Assembly (NCBI GenBank): GCA_964016885.1
Contig: OZ024746.1
Coordinates: 93,248,001-93,312,000 of the forward strand
Direction of reading: 5' to 3'
Length of the DNA stretch: 64,000 nt
Source of the DNA: Eledone cirrhosa
Lineage: Eukaryota
Shown here: positions 24,385 to 35,516 of the stretch, piece after piece
Layout of the letters: each line of letters begins with the position of its first letter
Numbering within the stretch: the stretch's first letter is position 1
Translations under genes and position numbers: made by a program
The notes under the pieces: model-generated
What the model was told of the DNA's origin: nothing
Seen by the model: the letters and a program-made list of their open reading frames with translations, nothing else
Databases searched by the model: none

Positions 24385-25030
24385 CATCATCATTTAACGT
24401 CCATCTTCCATGCAATCATGGGTTAGACGGTTTTGTTCCACTTGATGCAGGATTGGTCGGGAGACCATGTCTCACTTGTACAGACCTGTTCCTGGCATGT
24501 TTTCTACGGCTGGATACCCTTCATAACACCAACCACATTTACAGTGTGGACTGGGAGCCTTTTTACCGTGTCTCCTATACAACTGCTTTACAGTGTGGAC
24601 TGGGTGCTTTTTGTTGTGTCTCCGACACACCCATTTTACAGTGGACAGAAATGAGAGGATGGAGTAGAGTGAGGTGTATATTGGGTTAAGCGGTGTCTAC
24701 TGACTGTAGGTTTAAGTTTGTATGTAAGGGAGGGTGGGTCTTCTGTATAACTGCATGGCGCCAAAGGTCTCGATCCAGTGACATTGTCTTAGGAGGTGTA
24801 AATGAGCAAGGTCAATTTTTATCACCTTGTCCCAGGTTTTTCTTGGTCTACCCACTCCATAGCTTCCATCAATTTTGATTGCTCTGCACTTTTTTATACA
24901 GCTATCGTCTTTCATACGTATCACATGTCCATACCGACACAATCACCTCTCCAGAACACAACATCTGATACTTCTTATGCTGAGTCTCTCTCTCAATTCG
25001 TTTATGCTTTGCCATTTGTGTACATTACTA
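24385..25030 (-). mobile_element. RTE LINE 3' end with downstream SINE-shared tail
   Basis: RYGHVIRMKDDSCIKKC...GRPRKTW; same organisation as 59455-60690. Confidence 0.85.
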
Positions 25031-25226
25031 TTATATATATATAAAATTAATTCCAAAGAAAAGAAACCAGAACAGTTTACTCTGAGTTCCTTATATTCTG
25101 AAGAAGGGAATTTTAAGTCCCAAAATATTAGGCCAAAAGAACCAACAGCAATAAAAACAAAGATTACCAGGTAACTAAATTTTTTGTTACTGTCATCTTA
25201 TTGTTCATTTTGCATTGCCTTACATC

Positions 25227-25627
25227 ACTTCGTTTTTGAATTTGTTTTGCAAGATTTTTTATCTGAAAATGTGTGTTGTCACACTTTGGGAGGGTCATGC
25301 TGCCAATAAAAACACACGCACCTGTTGGTTTTTCACTTCAATTTATTATAAATTTCTGGACACAAAAACAAGATGGTGTAGGACAGAACAAAGGAGTGAC
25401 ACAAAAGAAAAACCCAGTCACTGAGGAGGTCACAGAATGTGTGACAAAAGAGCTTTGACAATATATAAACAACCATCCGGTTATTGAACCAATTTATAAT
25501 AAATTGCATTGAAAACCAACAGGTGTGTGTGTTTTTATTGGCAGCATGACCCTCCAAAAGTATAACAATATGTTTCAACACATGTTTTCAGATAAGAAAT
25601 CTTGCAAAACAAATTAAAAAACGAAGT
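25227..25627. mobile_element. MITE with long (about 125-bp) terminal inverted repeats
   Basis: acttcgttttt...ggagggtcatgctgccaataaaaacacac...ttataaatt is mirrored at 25490-25627. Confidence 0.8.
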
Positions 25628-28289
25628 ATATATATATATATATTTAAGTCTAAATTGGTTATTCACTCTTAATTTATTATATATATATAAACCCATGCAA
25701 GCGTGGAATATGGACGTTAAACGATGATGATGATGATATACTGTAAAATGGTTGTGTAGGTGTCATGACAAAAAGCATGCAGTACTCTCTGTGAATGTAG
25801 TTGGCCAAAGGAAGGGCATCCAGCTGTAGAGACCAAACTAAAATCAGTTCTGTATGAGCAAGATTATTGTAAATTGATATATATATGTAAACGGCATAAA
25901 TGGAAGTAATTCAGGTGTGAATATATTTTTCGTTAGAAAATTGTTAATGCGCTGCTGGTTATGTGGTGATGTATGTGTATTGCTACGGGGTGTACTTATA
26001 TGGTTGTCAATCGAAAACCGATGGTGACTGTCTTGTTCTTCAATTGTGGATCATTTGGTGACTGTACATATTTCAGTGGAAGTGTTGTGTGTATGTCGAA
26101 GACTCAATGTCCTGTCTTGCTTGAGGGCAAAAGGCATGTAGTTTATGTACATAAGGTCGCCAAAAAAGCGGTTAAAAGACATGTCTAACTTGCGTCTCCA
26201 TCTTGTAGTCATCAAAGGATCCTCAATTGTAGAACAGGGTCACCACCGAACTTTGATAAACCACCACAATTAAACCCCCTAAACACTCCGTTGGCAGACA
26301 TCGAAAACCCCGTTTTCACAGCACCACCAATGCGTTTTATGAAAAAAGAATTTTAAATCCAGAATTACTTCCCTTTGTTCTGTTTGCATATATTAATTTT
26401 TTTTTTTAACCAAAAAATTTCAAAAGTAGCCATAAGTACGAGTAATTTACTCAGAAGAATTGCGGCCTTCGCGGTGGCGTGCGAACTGCGTCTCGGACTC
26501 TCCGTCTACGTGACTGGCGTACGATTGCTAAGTGGGCCTGGGACTATTCTGGGCCAGCACATCGATGCACAGCCCGTCCCAGACCACCTTGAAGAATTTT
26601 TTTTCGAAATTTTTGTTAATATGCAAATTATATGTAAATGAACTTTTGAAGTTTCTATATATAAGGAGACTGTTTAGATTCGAACCTTGTAACTTAGATT
26701 CTCAAGAACCTTGAAGGTCACTTATTCTTGGAAGACAGTTGGGATCGAACCTTAGATACTTCTTACTACATTCTTGGAAGACAGTTGAATTAAACCCTTG
26801 ATACGTCTTACATTCCTGTCTTACTTATGATTCGAACCTTCGATGCTTTTATTACATTCTTGATACTTAGAACCCTTGATGGTTACTACTTCCTTGGACG
26901 ACTATTGGATTCAAACTCTCAATGATACTTACTTTTCATTCCCTTGTACTTACTATTTTGGGCCTTAAATTTCTCTTTTTTTTTTTCTCATTGTTGATAT
27001 TTTCTTTCCTTAGATTGGAACCATTGGCACTGTCTACATTGTTTTTTGGAGCGACTGTTGTATTCGAAACTTTGATGAGGCTGTTTAAAATATGTTTTAC
27101 CTTCATTTCAGAAATAAATAAACAACACAATAAAATTATTTTATTACAAACTTAGTTCATTCTACGGAATACTTGTGAGACTGGATATCTGTAAATATAA
27201 GAGAAGAATTAAACAATATTTTTATCAATAAAAACACATTAAATTCTTGTAATTTATTATTGATGTTCATAATTAATTGAAACAACAATAAAAGATATAT
27301 ATTCTCATTGTTTTAACGAGGATATATTCCACGGGGTTCCATCTAAACAGCCTGGACATGCTACAGCAACATCTATACAGCCTGGTTATGGTACAGCACC
27401 ATCTAAAAAGCCTGGCTATGCTACAGCACCATCTAACAAGCTAGACCATGCTACAGCACCATCTAACAAGCCAGGCCATGCTACAGCACAATGTAAGAAG
27501 ACAGGCTCTGCTACAGCACCATCTAAGAAGCCTGCCCATGCTACAGCATATTCTAACAAACTTGGCCATGGTTTCACCTTTATGCACATACTTGTAATTT
27601 ACATATGCTGCTGCCCATACAAAGAGGAGTATCTTGGTCCTTTTTGTACCAATTTTATGGACCTACCTTCCTCAATCCCCACCTGACCTGCTTATAACCC
27701 TGAAAAAGAACAGAGGTTAATGCAAACTTCTGTTCTTTTTCAACTGAATTTTGTTATGTTATTAATAAGTTAATTACTAAATATCTAATCTTTTTTGTGA
27801 ACTTGACTGATCTTGAGATTACATTCTCCTTAATTACAATATTTAGTTTGTAATGTAGCTTGCTAAAATAACACTTACTACATTAGATTGGATTACTAAT
27901 GTATTCTCTATCATGTTGGTATGGATCCTATAACACTTTGAGTAACCAAATAAGAACTAAAATGCTGACTCTCTAAAGGAATTGCTGATATGGAATTTTT
28001 TGAAATAGGAGTCCAACCTGTAGCATTAACTAAATTTGAATAAAATTTTATCCATGTAATATCTGCTTATCCATCTCCTCACCCGCTTGACTTTCATAAA
28101 TTCAAAATTAATGGATAGCTGTCAACTATTTTACATCAGTAGGCTGTTGCTCTCAAGGATGTTGGTAAAGGTAATGTCATAGTTCCCAGATTCAGTAAAC
28201 CTTTTGACCATGTTTGGTACACAAATAATCTGTCAGAACTACTCTTAATATATCTCTTGTAACTTAGCTTGTCTCAGTTGTTTCCTGAT

Positions 28290-29345
28290 TTAGTCATCCA
28301 GGTAATGGAAACTGTTGACTATTTCTACAGTCCTCTGGGCATTTGAAGGAGATAGTATCCTGTGAGTCTTGTTACTTAATGCACCTGTGTATCGAACAGC
28401 TAACCTACCAGAGATCCCATTCCTAGATAAACTACCAGAGACCCCACTAAATCTCTTGTGTACCCATAGTTTGCATTTGGAACAAAGGAAGAAATTTCTC
28501 TCTTCTCCTTTCCTGCACACTGAGAAAGGCAATTCCCAAGGGAATCTGGGCCCTGTTTTCCTTTCTACATACTAGGACTTTAGTCTTTGACATGTTGACT
28601 TTAAGACCTTTTGATTCTAGGCCTTGCTTCTACATTTGGAATTTCTTCTGTAATTCTACCATAGATTCAGCTATCAAGGTTAGATCATCTGCAAACATAG
28701 GTTCTCATGGGGAGCCAGTCTTGAACTCTTCTGTTATAGCCTGCAGAGTGATAATAAACAGGAGAGGGTTAAGAATGGAGCCCGGATGGACACCAATCTT
28801 CACTATAGTCATTGTTAATTCTAACCTTGCTGACTGTACCTCTATACATGGCTTGTACAGCCTTCACAAGCCACTCATCTATTAGTTTTCTAAGAGCCCA
28901 CCAGATAATGGGGACTTTGTTAAAAGCTTTCTCCAGGTCAACAAATGTTAAGTAAAGGGGTTTACTTTTTAACTAGGTACTTCTATAGCAGTTGCCTCAA
29001 AAGGAAGATGGCATCTGTGGTACTTTTACCTGGCACAAATCCAAACTGCATCTCATCTTCTTTAATTTGGTCCCTAGTCAGCTGTGCTATAACTCTTTCT
29101 GTGACCTACTTGATACCTCTATAGTTTTCTAAAGCATCTCTGTTGCCCTTGTAGCAGTTGATGATACTGCTATGCCAGTCATTGGGTATAGCACCATTTT
29201 ATATTACTTGGTTTACAATACGGGTGGCTATGGTGTGACCCATCATCCCAGATGCTTTCAGCATCTCCACAACTATCCCCAAAGGTCTAGCTGCCTTGCC
29301 TGTCTTCATATCCTTACTTGCTATACTACTGCTGATTTCCACAGT
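28290..29345 (-). mobile_element. RTE LINE reverse-transcriptase fragment
   Basis: Minus strand encodes MQFGFVPGKSTTDAIF, FVDLEKAF, GVHPGSILNPLLFI, ADDLTLIAES and VNSFHYLD with stops and frameshifts. Confidence 0.9.
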
Positions 29346-29959
29346 TAGTCCCTATGTTCAGTTTACTTGGGGAAAACTAAGTGATAAAATAACGATGTAT
29401 TTAACTCTATAGCATTTAAACCAGTCAGAATTCTCTCACCTCTTTCTGTTTAAACCAGCTGCTCATACTTATGTTAAGATATTGTTCTCAAAATAAATAA
29501 TATCAAAATCTCATAGATTCAATATTATGTAAAATAAAGTGTTTACTGTGAAAATACAATAGTAAATATAGAGTAATGTAAATGCTAAAGGGTTAAACTG
29601 GCCAGAATTCTCTTACCTCTTTCTGTTCAAACCAGCTGCTCTTACTTATGTTAAGGTATTGTTTTCAAAATAAATAATATCAAAAGCCCATATGTTTGAC
29701 ATTATGTGAGATAATTATGTGAAATAAAGCGTTTACCGTGAAAATACAATAGAATATATAGAGTAATGTAAATGATAAAGGGTTAAGACGGTTTTGCCTT
29801 AAATCAGTAGAGTACGATATAAGAAAGATGTGTTTAAGACTATTGTCTAATGTCCTTCTAAAATTTTGGTGGGTGATATGAAAAAGCTGTATTTGGGGAC
29901 TTCCTCTCACAGGGTCATCCGCCTTTACACGATCTCCCACATCTATCTCCTACCCTGTC

Positions 29960-30500
29960 TCCCCAGCTTACCCCATCTGCTCGCCTTTTGACATAACTGG
30001 CCCACCAATTTCCCACACATTGAGAAAAGTTCTCATCTGTCCATGTCGGTGCCCAGTACTGGGACTTCGTCATAAAATACCAGTGTGCTCACCTTGTCTC
30101 TTTGCAGCTTTAGTCCCAGTGTGGCTCCTCTCTCCCTCTGGCAGTTAACCTGAACCTTCCTAAGTGGCCTGCCCGCTTGCATCGATAGCAAATGATATCT
30201 GGCTTCGGCTCTCTGCAGTTCCTTGCCATATGTGGACCCTCAGACCTGAAGCACTGGCCTCTGACCACCTGCTATTGAGTGATCACAGAGGTCCTTCTCC
30301 ACTCGTTGATTGTTGTCGACTGCCAAGGGCTTCGAGCGCTGCAATATCCCATTCAGCGCATTGTGTCATTATACGGTCCTGTGTGATTAGCTTGCTCATG
30401 GTAATTTTTCTGCTACCCCGCAATTGTTAGCGTTTCACCAAAATCTCATCGGGGAATCCGTTCACGAATGCCATCCACACAGCCAACTGCCGTTGAAACT
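29960..30500 (-). mobile_element. Ty3/Gypsy gag relic
   Basis: Minus strand encodes AFVNGFPDEI followed by two zinc-knuckle remnants, CFRSEGPHMARNC and CYRCKRAGHLGR; disrupted. Ends approximate. Confidence 0.7.
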
Positions 30501-30767
30501 CTACTCCTCGGCATGAAGATGGGAGAGATATGCAATGATATACATATGGAAAATCCTGCGGGGACTAAGACCAAACTTTCGCATTGAGAGCTGAACCAAT
30601 TCTCGAACAGGACGTCACTGTGTGGTACCAAAGGTCCCGTCTTCCACATCAGGAGCAGCTATTGCAATAGCCTGGGGTTCAAAGGCCCTCAACTTGGTTT
30701 TCAAAATTTAAATTTGTGTTTCCTATTCATCAATGCTTCAAGTAAGCTATAAAACTCTGTTATATTT

Positions 30768-31148
30768 CATCATCATCATTTTATGTCAGTTCTTCTACGC
30801 TAGCATGGGTTGTCCTGTTGTGGGCAGTGTCCGGTCGGCTGACCTTGTCTTGCTCATACGGGAACTGATTCTGTCTTGATTTCTACAGCTGGATGCCCTT
30901 CCTAACACCAACCTCATTTACAGTGAGTGGTGGGTGTTTTTTTTTTTGCCGTGGCACCTCCACGACCACTTTGCAGTGGAATGATAGGGACCCTAGTCCT
31001 ATCATCTCATTTCTACAGCTGAGTAAACTGGAGCAATGTGAAATAAAGTGTCTTGCTCAAGGAAACAACACATCACCCGGTCCGAGAATTAAACTGACAA
31101 CCTTTCAATTGCAAGCCCAATGCTCTAACCACTGAGCCATGTGCCTTC
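30768..31148 (-). mobile_element. Full-length modular SINE: tRNA head, CORE, second domain, RTE-like (GAT)n tail
   Basis: Minus strand reads ggcacatggctcagtggttagagc...tccttgagcaagacacttta...gttaggaagggcatccagctgtag...acccatgctagc...(gat)n; a close sister copy lies at about 58530-58868. Confidence 0.82.
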
Positions 31149-31439
31149 TATTGTTGGCAATGTTAGGTCAGGTGACCATGTCTTGCTCATAAAGAACTGA
31201 TTTGGGCTTGGTTTCTACAGCTGGATGCCCTTCCTAATGCCAAGCTCATTTACAGTGAGTACTGGGTGTTTTTTGTTGTGATTCCTCCATGACTACTTTA
31301 CAGATGTTTTTTACCGTGTCACCATCACGACCACTTTACCGTGTTTCGGCCTGTTCTCATGAAAGATATATTGGCGGGTGGGATGGAGTGGTGCATACTG
31401 TATGTATGTTTCAGCCTTGGCCTGGGCCCGTGGGAAGTT

Positions 31440-32115
31440 GGGGTTTCTGTATTACCTCATAACGCCAGAGGTCTTGGTCCTGTGTCATTGCCTTTCAGAG
31501 GTGCAATTGGGCAAGGTCGGCTTTTATCACTTCATCTCAAGTCTTTCTGGGACTTTATGTAGCTGTCATCCTTCATATGAATCACATGTCCATACCAACA
31601 TAATCTCCTCTCCTGCACACATTTGATTCCTCTTATGCCTAGTTTCTCTTTCAGTTTGTTTATGCTTTGCTGTTCGCGTATATTACTATTACACATCCAT
31701 CGGAGCATACAAGCTCATTCCTTTCTAATCTACGCAAGTCTTCTACACACAGCGCCCAGCTCTCACTACCATGCAACATTGCCGTTCATATGCACACATC
31801 ATACAGTCTACCTTTTATTCTGAGGGAAAAGCCTTTTGTATCCAGCTGTGGCAGTAGCTCCCTCAACTTCTTCCATCCCGTTCTTTCAGAACACCCCCCT
31901 CCGCTGCTAATTCGGTATTGTTTTTACCAAGTCCTCCCAGACTTTGATGTCACTTGTTTTCAGTGATTCTTTGCTGCTTACTATCCTGGTGCAACTGCTA
32001 CATGTAAAGCCTACATTCTTAACTAAACTTCCTGAGATCCCATTACATCTCTTGTGTACCCATAGTTTGCATATGGGGCAGAGGATGGAGTTTCTACCTA
32101 CACCTCTCCTACATA
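31440..32115 (-). mobile_element. RTE LINE 3' fragment
   Basis: NSILCPICKLWVHKRC, RTGWKKLRELLP and GRLYDVCI motifs; homologous to 59961-60690. Confidence 0.88.
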
Positions 32116-32168
32116 ATGAGCACACACACATACACATATATATACACACACTCACATATATATATATA

Positions 32169-32830
32169 CTAGCCGAATTACCAGCGCCTTGCTGTGTTTC
32201 ACTCATTTTTTTTGTAAGAAAATGATGATTGATTTTAAATCAGTGATATAATTTATGGAGAAAAACTCAATATTACTCAATGTAAAATATAATGCATGAA
32301 AAATTGGAAAACCTCATTTTTTGTAATATATTAAATCAAAATTGCATTATTAAATCTTATTCTTATTTTGTTTCTTGTAAATAATTTTTTTCAAAATATC
32401 AATTGAAAACTTTTGTGAATAGGCATCATATCTTGTCATTTACCTATGGTTTAAGTTTCATATAAATCGAAAGGGAAAAGTTTTCAGCGGGGGTTTGTAC
32501 CCCCAGGGAACCCTAATAGGGGGTTTAACCACCATTAAGGTGTCTTATAGTATTGAAATTTTGTGAATAGGCATCATATCTCTTCATTTATCTATGGTTT
32601 AAATTGCATATAAATCGAACCGAAAAAATTTTCAGCAGGGATTTTGTGCCCCCTGGTGAACCCTAATAGGGGGTTTAACCCCCATTAGGGTATTGTAATT
32701 TTATTGAAATTTGCTGAAATGATGTGAATAGGCATCATATCTTGTCGTTTACCTATGGTTTAAATTGCATATAAATCGAAGGGAAAACATTTTCAGCAGG
32801 GGTTTGTGCCACTCTATTTATCTTCTTTAT
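32169..32830 (-). mobile_element. Helitron-like element with internal ~150-bp tandem repeat
   Basis: Minus-strand 3' end cagcaaggcgctggtaattcggCTAG|t (hairpin plus CTAG); three copies of gtgaataggcatcatatc...tttcagcaggg at 32415-32810. 5' end not defined. Confidence 0.65.
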
Positions 32831-33069
32831 TAAAGGCAATCAAATTATTTTTTATTTTATTCTTTTTCTTATTTTTCCATGTTTGTTAAATAAATTCAAA
32901 AAAATCGAACTAAATTGAAATTTTGTAATAAAATTTCCATAAAAGTGAATGTTTACAATACAATAAAATGTAATAAAATGTATTGAAGTCGACGAAATGT
33001 GGACCTTCATTTTTGAAAGATGGATAATGCTATAAGCAGACCTTACAATATTGTACCACAATTTTCCTT

Positions 33070-33283
33070 TGTGCAAAAGTGGGCAGCCGAATTTAGGAAA
33101 GGATAGGGGATTCTTGAAGATGACCCAATGTCTGGACGTCCTACAACTGCCACTACCGAGGAAAACATTGATCTCAGTACTGCAACACCGATGGAAGAAG
33201 TGTGTGGAACGCAAGGGAGACTATGTTGAAAAATAAACCTCATTTGGTCACATTCCATGAGAGTATCTTTGTCAACCCTCGTA
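33070..33283 (+). mobile_element. Internally deleted mariner transposase relic
   Basis: VQKWAAEFRKG, LEDDPMSGRPTTATTEENID fused to the C-terminal LQHRWKKCVERKGDYVEK*; ends in caaccctcg|TA. Confidence 0.88.
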
Positions 33284-33318
33284 TCTATGCGCAATATACG
33301 TAAAGATACAGAATTGCG

Positions 33319-33698
33319 GGCACTACAACGCTATTAGCTGTCATATTTGTTGGTGAAAAAATGTTTATTATAAAACTTAAATTTATGAATGACTTGTTTT
33401 CTACATTGATAACCATGACTTGTTTTCTAATTAACTTAAATTTGTTTTCTAATTTGGCCCTTTTAAGGGCCACCTATATTTTCATTTAAGTAACTCCACT
33501 TACATCGATATGCTTTATAACCAAGACTTGTTTTCTATTTGTTTTCTAATTTGGCCCTTTTAAGTCTCAAAAAAAACAAAAAAAACACGTGAAAACTCCA
33601 CTTACGCGTGGTAGTAATACGGAAATAAACTATGTTGACGAGTGATATCACCTTCGCCTGTTTTCCACTGGACTGACAGCTAATAGCGTTGTAGTGCC
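33319..33698. mobile_element. Non-autonomous DNA transposon with perfect 25-bp TIRs
   Basis: ggcactacaacgctattagctgtca (33319-33343) and tgacagctaatagcgttgtagtgcc (33674-33698); internal direct repeat of gacttgttttcta...ggcccttttaag. Confidence 0.75.
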
Positions 33699-34070
33699 GG
33701 AAAATGTTTAACCCCGGCGGCAGAGCTCAAACCGTTTCGAGTCCAGAAATAGCCGTCGAAACGACTTGAGCTCTGCCGTCGGGGTTAAACTTTTTCCTAT
33801 ATATATATATATATAAATAAAGGTTGACATTATTTAACCCTATAACCTTCTTTAATATTAATTATGTTTTCCTATGATGAAGGACAGCGGATAATAGATT
33901 CAGCAGAGCGGTGGACAAATTAGGATGCTGTATTTGCGAAGGTACATAATTATTCCAGGGTCCTAGTTTCGCTTTCATCCGTGGCAATGTTGCCAATATG
34001 TTAGCTTACATAATAAATTATTAGAGGGAAACCCCATCGCTCCTTATGACGTTTGATTGAATGTGCGTGT

Positions 34071-34113
<43 letters not shown>

Positions 34114-34767
34114 CCCTTCCATATACAGTACCGATTGTGTTGTTATTTCTGTTTACTTTTTACATACATATATATATATAATTAAGTATAAGTTATACGT
34201 TTAGCCTACGTAAAGCCCCGCCGTTATGTTTATGTACGATTATGTGAAATAAATCTATTTATCCCTTTGCAGTCTAAGTTCAAATCTTATGTAAGGCGAC
34301 TTGCCTTTCATCCTTTAGGACTTGATCAAATATAGTAAATACTATGATTGATATAATCGATTGTTCCTCCCTCACAAAAGTTGTAGTATTTTGCTTATAT
34401 TAGAAACGTTTATCATTGTGATAAGTGGAGGCGGATGACAATGAGAGTAGGAGAAAATACCTAGCGATATTTAGTTACGCCTCTTCACGTTCTGAGTACA
34501 AATCCTGTCAAGGTCAACTTCGTCTTTCATATTTCAGGGGAAGCGGGTGAATAAAATACACCCCAGCTTATACACCAGTAACGAGAATACCTTCCCTCTA
34601 AATTGGAGACAGTATGTAGATGAGGGCTCGTGCCAATTATTATTTTTAAAAGGGCCGTAAAATTACAGAACCAGCAGAACATAGAAGAAAAAAAGAAAAT
34701 TGCTGAATTATTTAGCCACACGTTCCTTTAAGTTTTGCGTTCAAATACCGCAGAGGTTAACTTTACC

Positions 34768-34808
<41 letters not shown>

Positions 34809-35031
34809 TATATATAGAGAGGTGTAAAATCCCGATCGCGGTGCTAAGCGGTTTCGGCTTGTGTGTCATATATATATATATATACACATATATATATACA
34901 CACACATATATATATGTGTGCGTGTATTCTTTCATGTATAATATAGATAGGAATTTGTGTTGAGATAGAGAGCCACCTTTGATAACGATAGCTGTGATAA
35001 ACTGTTCTACTTCAGAAGCCGGCAGTCCTCA

Positions 35032-35073
35032 ACTAACATTTCCCACAATTCCTCAGTACTGTAACATGGCGGC
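35032..35073 (+). promoter_or_regulatory. TIMM50 proximal elements: ZNF143/Staf-like site and YY1-like site over the ATG
   Basis: actaacatttcccacaattcct (35032-35053) resembles ACTACAnnTCCCAnAAT; aacATGGCGGC (35063-35073) matches the YY1 consensus common at housekeeping start codons. Motif match only. Confidence 0.45.
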
Positions 35074-35516
35074 CTTCACGAGGTACATGTGTCTTTCAAG
35101 AAGGATAAATCTATGTTATCCAATACTAACTCAACATTTTGCCTCAGAATCTCGCTTGAAATTCACATTTGTAAGAACATTAATCTCTAGTAATGATTTA
35201 AATACACTTTATGTCCGTTTAGAAAATGTAAAACGACTGTTGAGTACAGAAGCCGATACACCTGAGCGTCGAACGGTCCGAAGTAAAAGCACTTCCGACC
35301 TAGGGTCACTGACTAGCGATATCCTTAGTTCCAATATCAAAGCTTCCTCATCCTCGTCACCTGCAAAAGAGGCTGATACAGAACAAGCCAACTCTTCTAC
35401 GGGATCTAAGAAGGAAAAATCTTCGAGATGGACAGGCAAAAATGCATGGAAGTTAGGTCTACTGTTGCTCGGAGGCTGGGCTACCTTGACAACGGGCGTA
35501 CTTATTAATATTTGGG
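35066..35516 (+). CDS. TIMM50: TIMM50 exon 1 (presequence and transmembrane helix)
   Basis: aacATGGCG start; Arg/Ser-rich, acid-poor N-terminus (MAAFTRYMCLSRR); hydrophobic segment LGLLLLGGWATLTTGVLINIWG; G|gtatgt donor, phase 1. Confidence 0.88.

Noticed and set aside
27153-27195. Possible terminal exon of a minus-strand gene (tttacag|atatcc...taa)
   Set aside because: Only a short acceptor-like match; no upstream exon or homology identified.
34979-35065. Upstream in-frame extension of TIMM50 in the ORF track
   Set aside because: Starts at TTG; the first ATG in good context with a presequence is at 35066.
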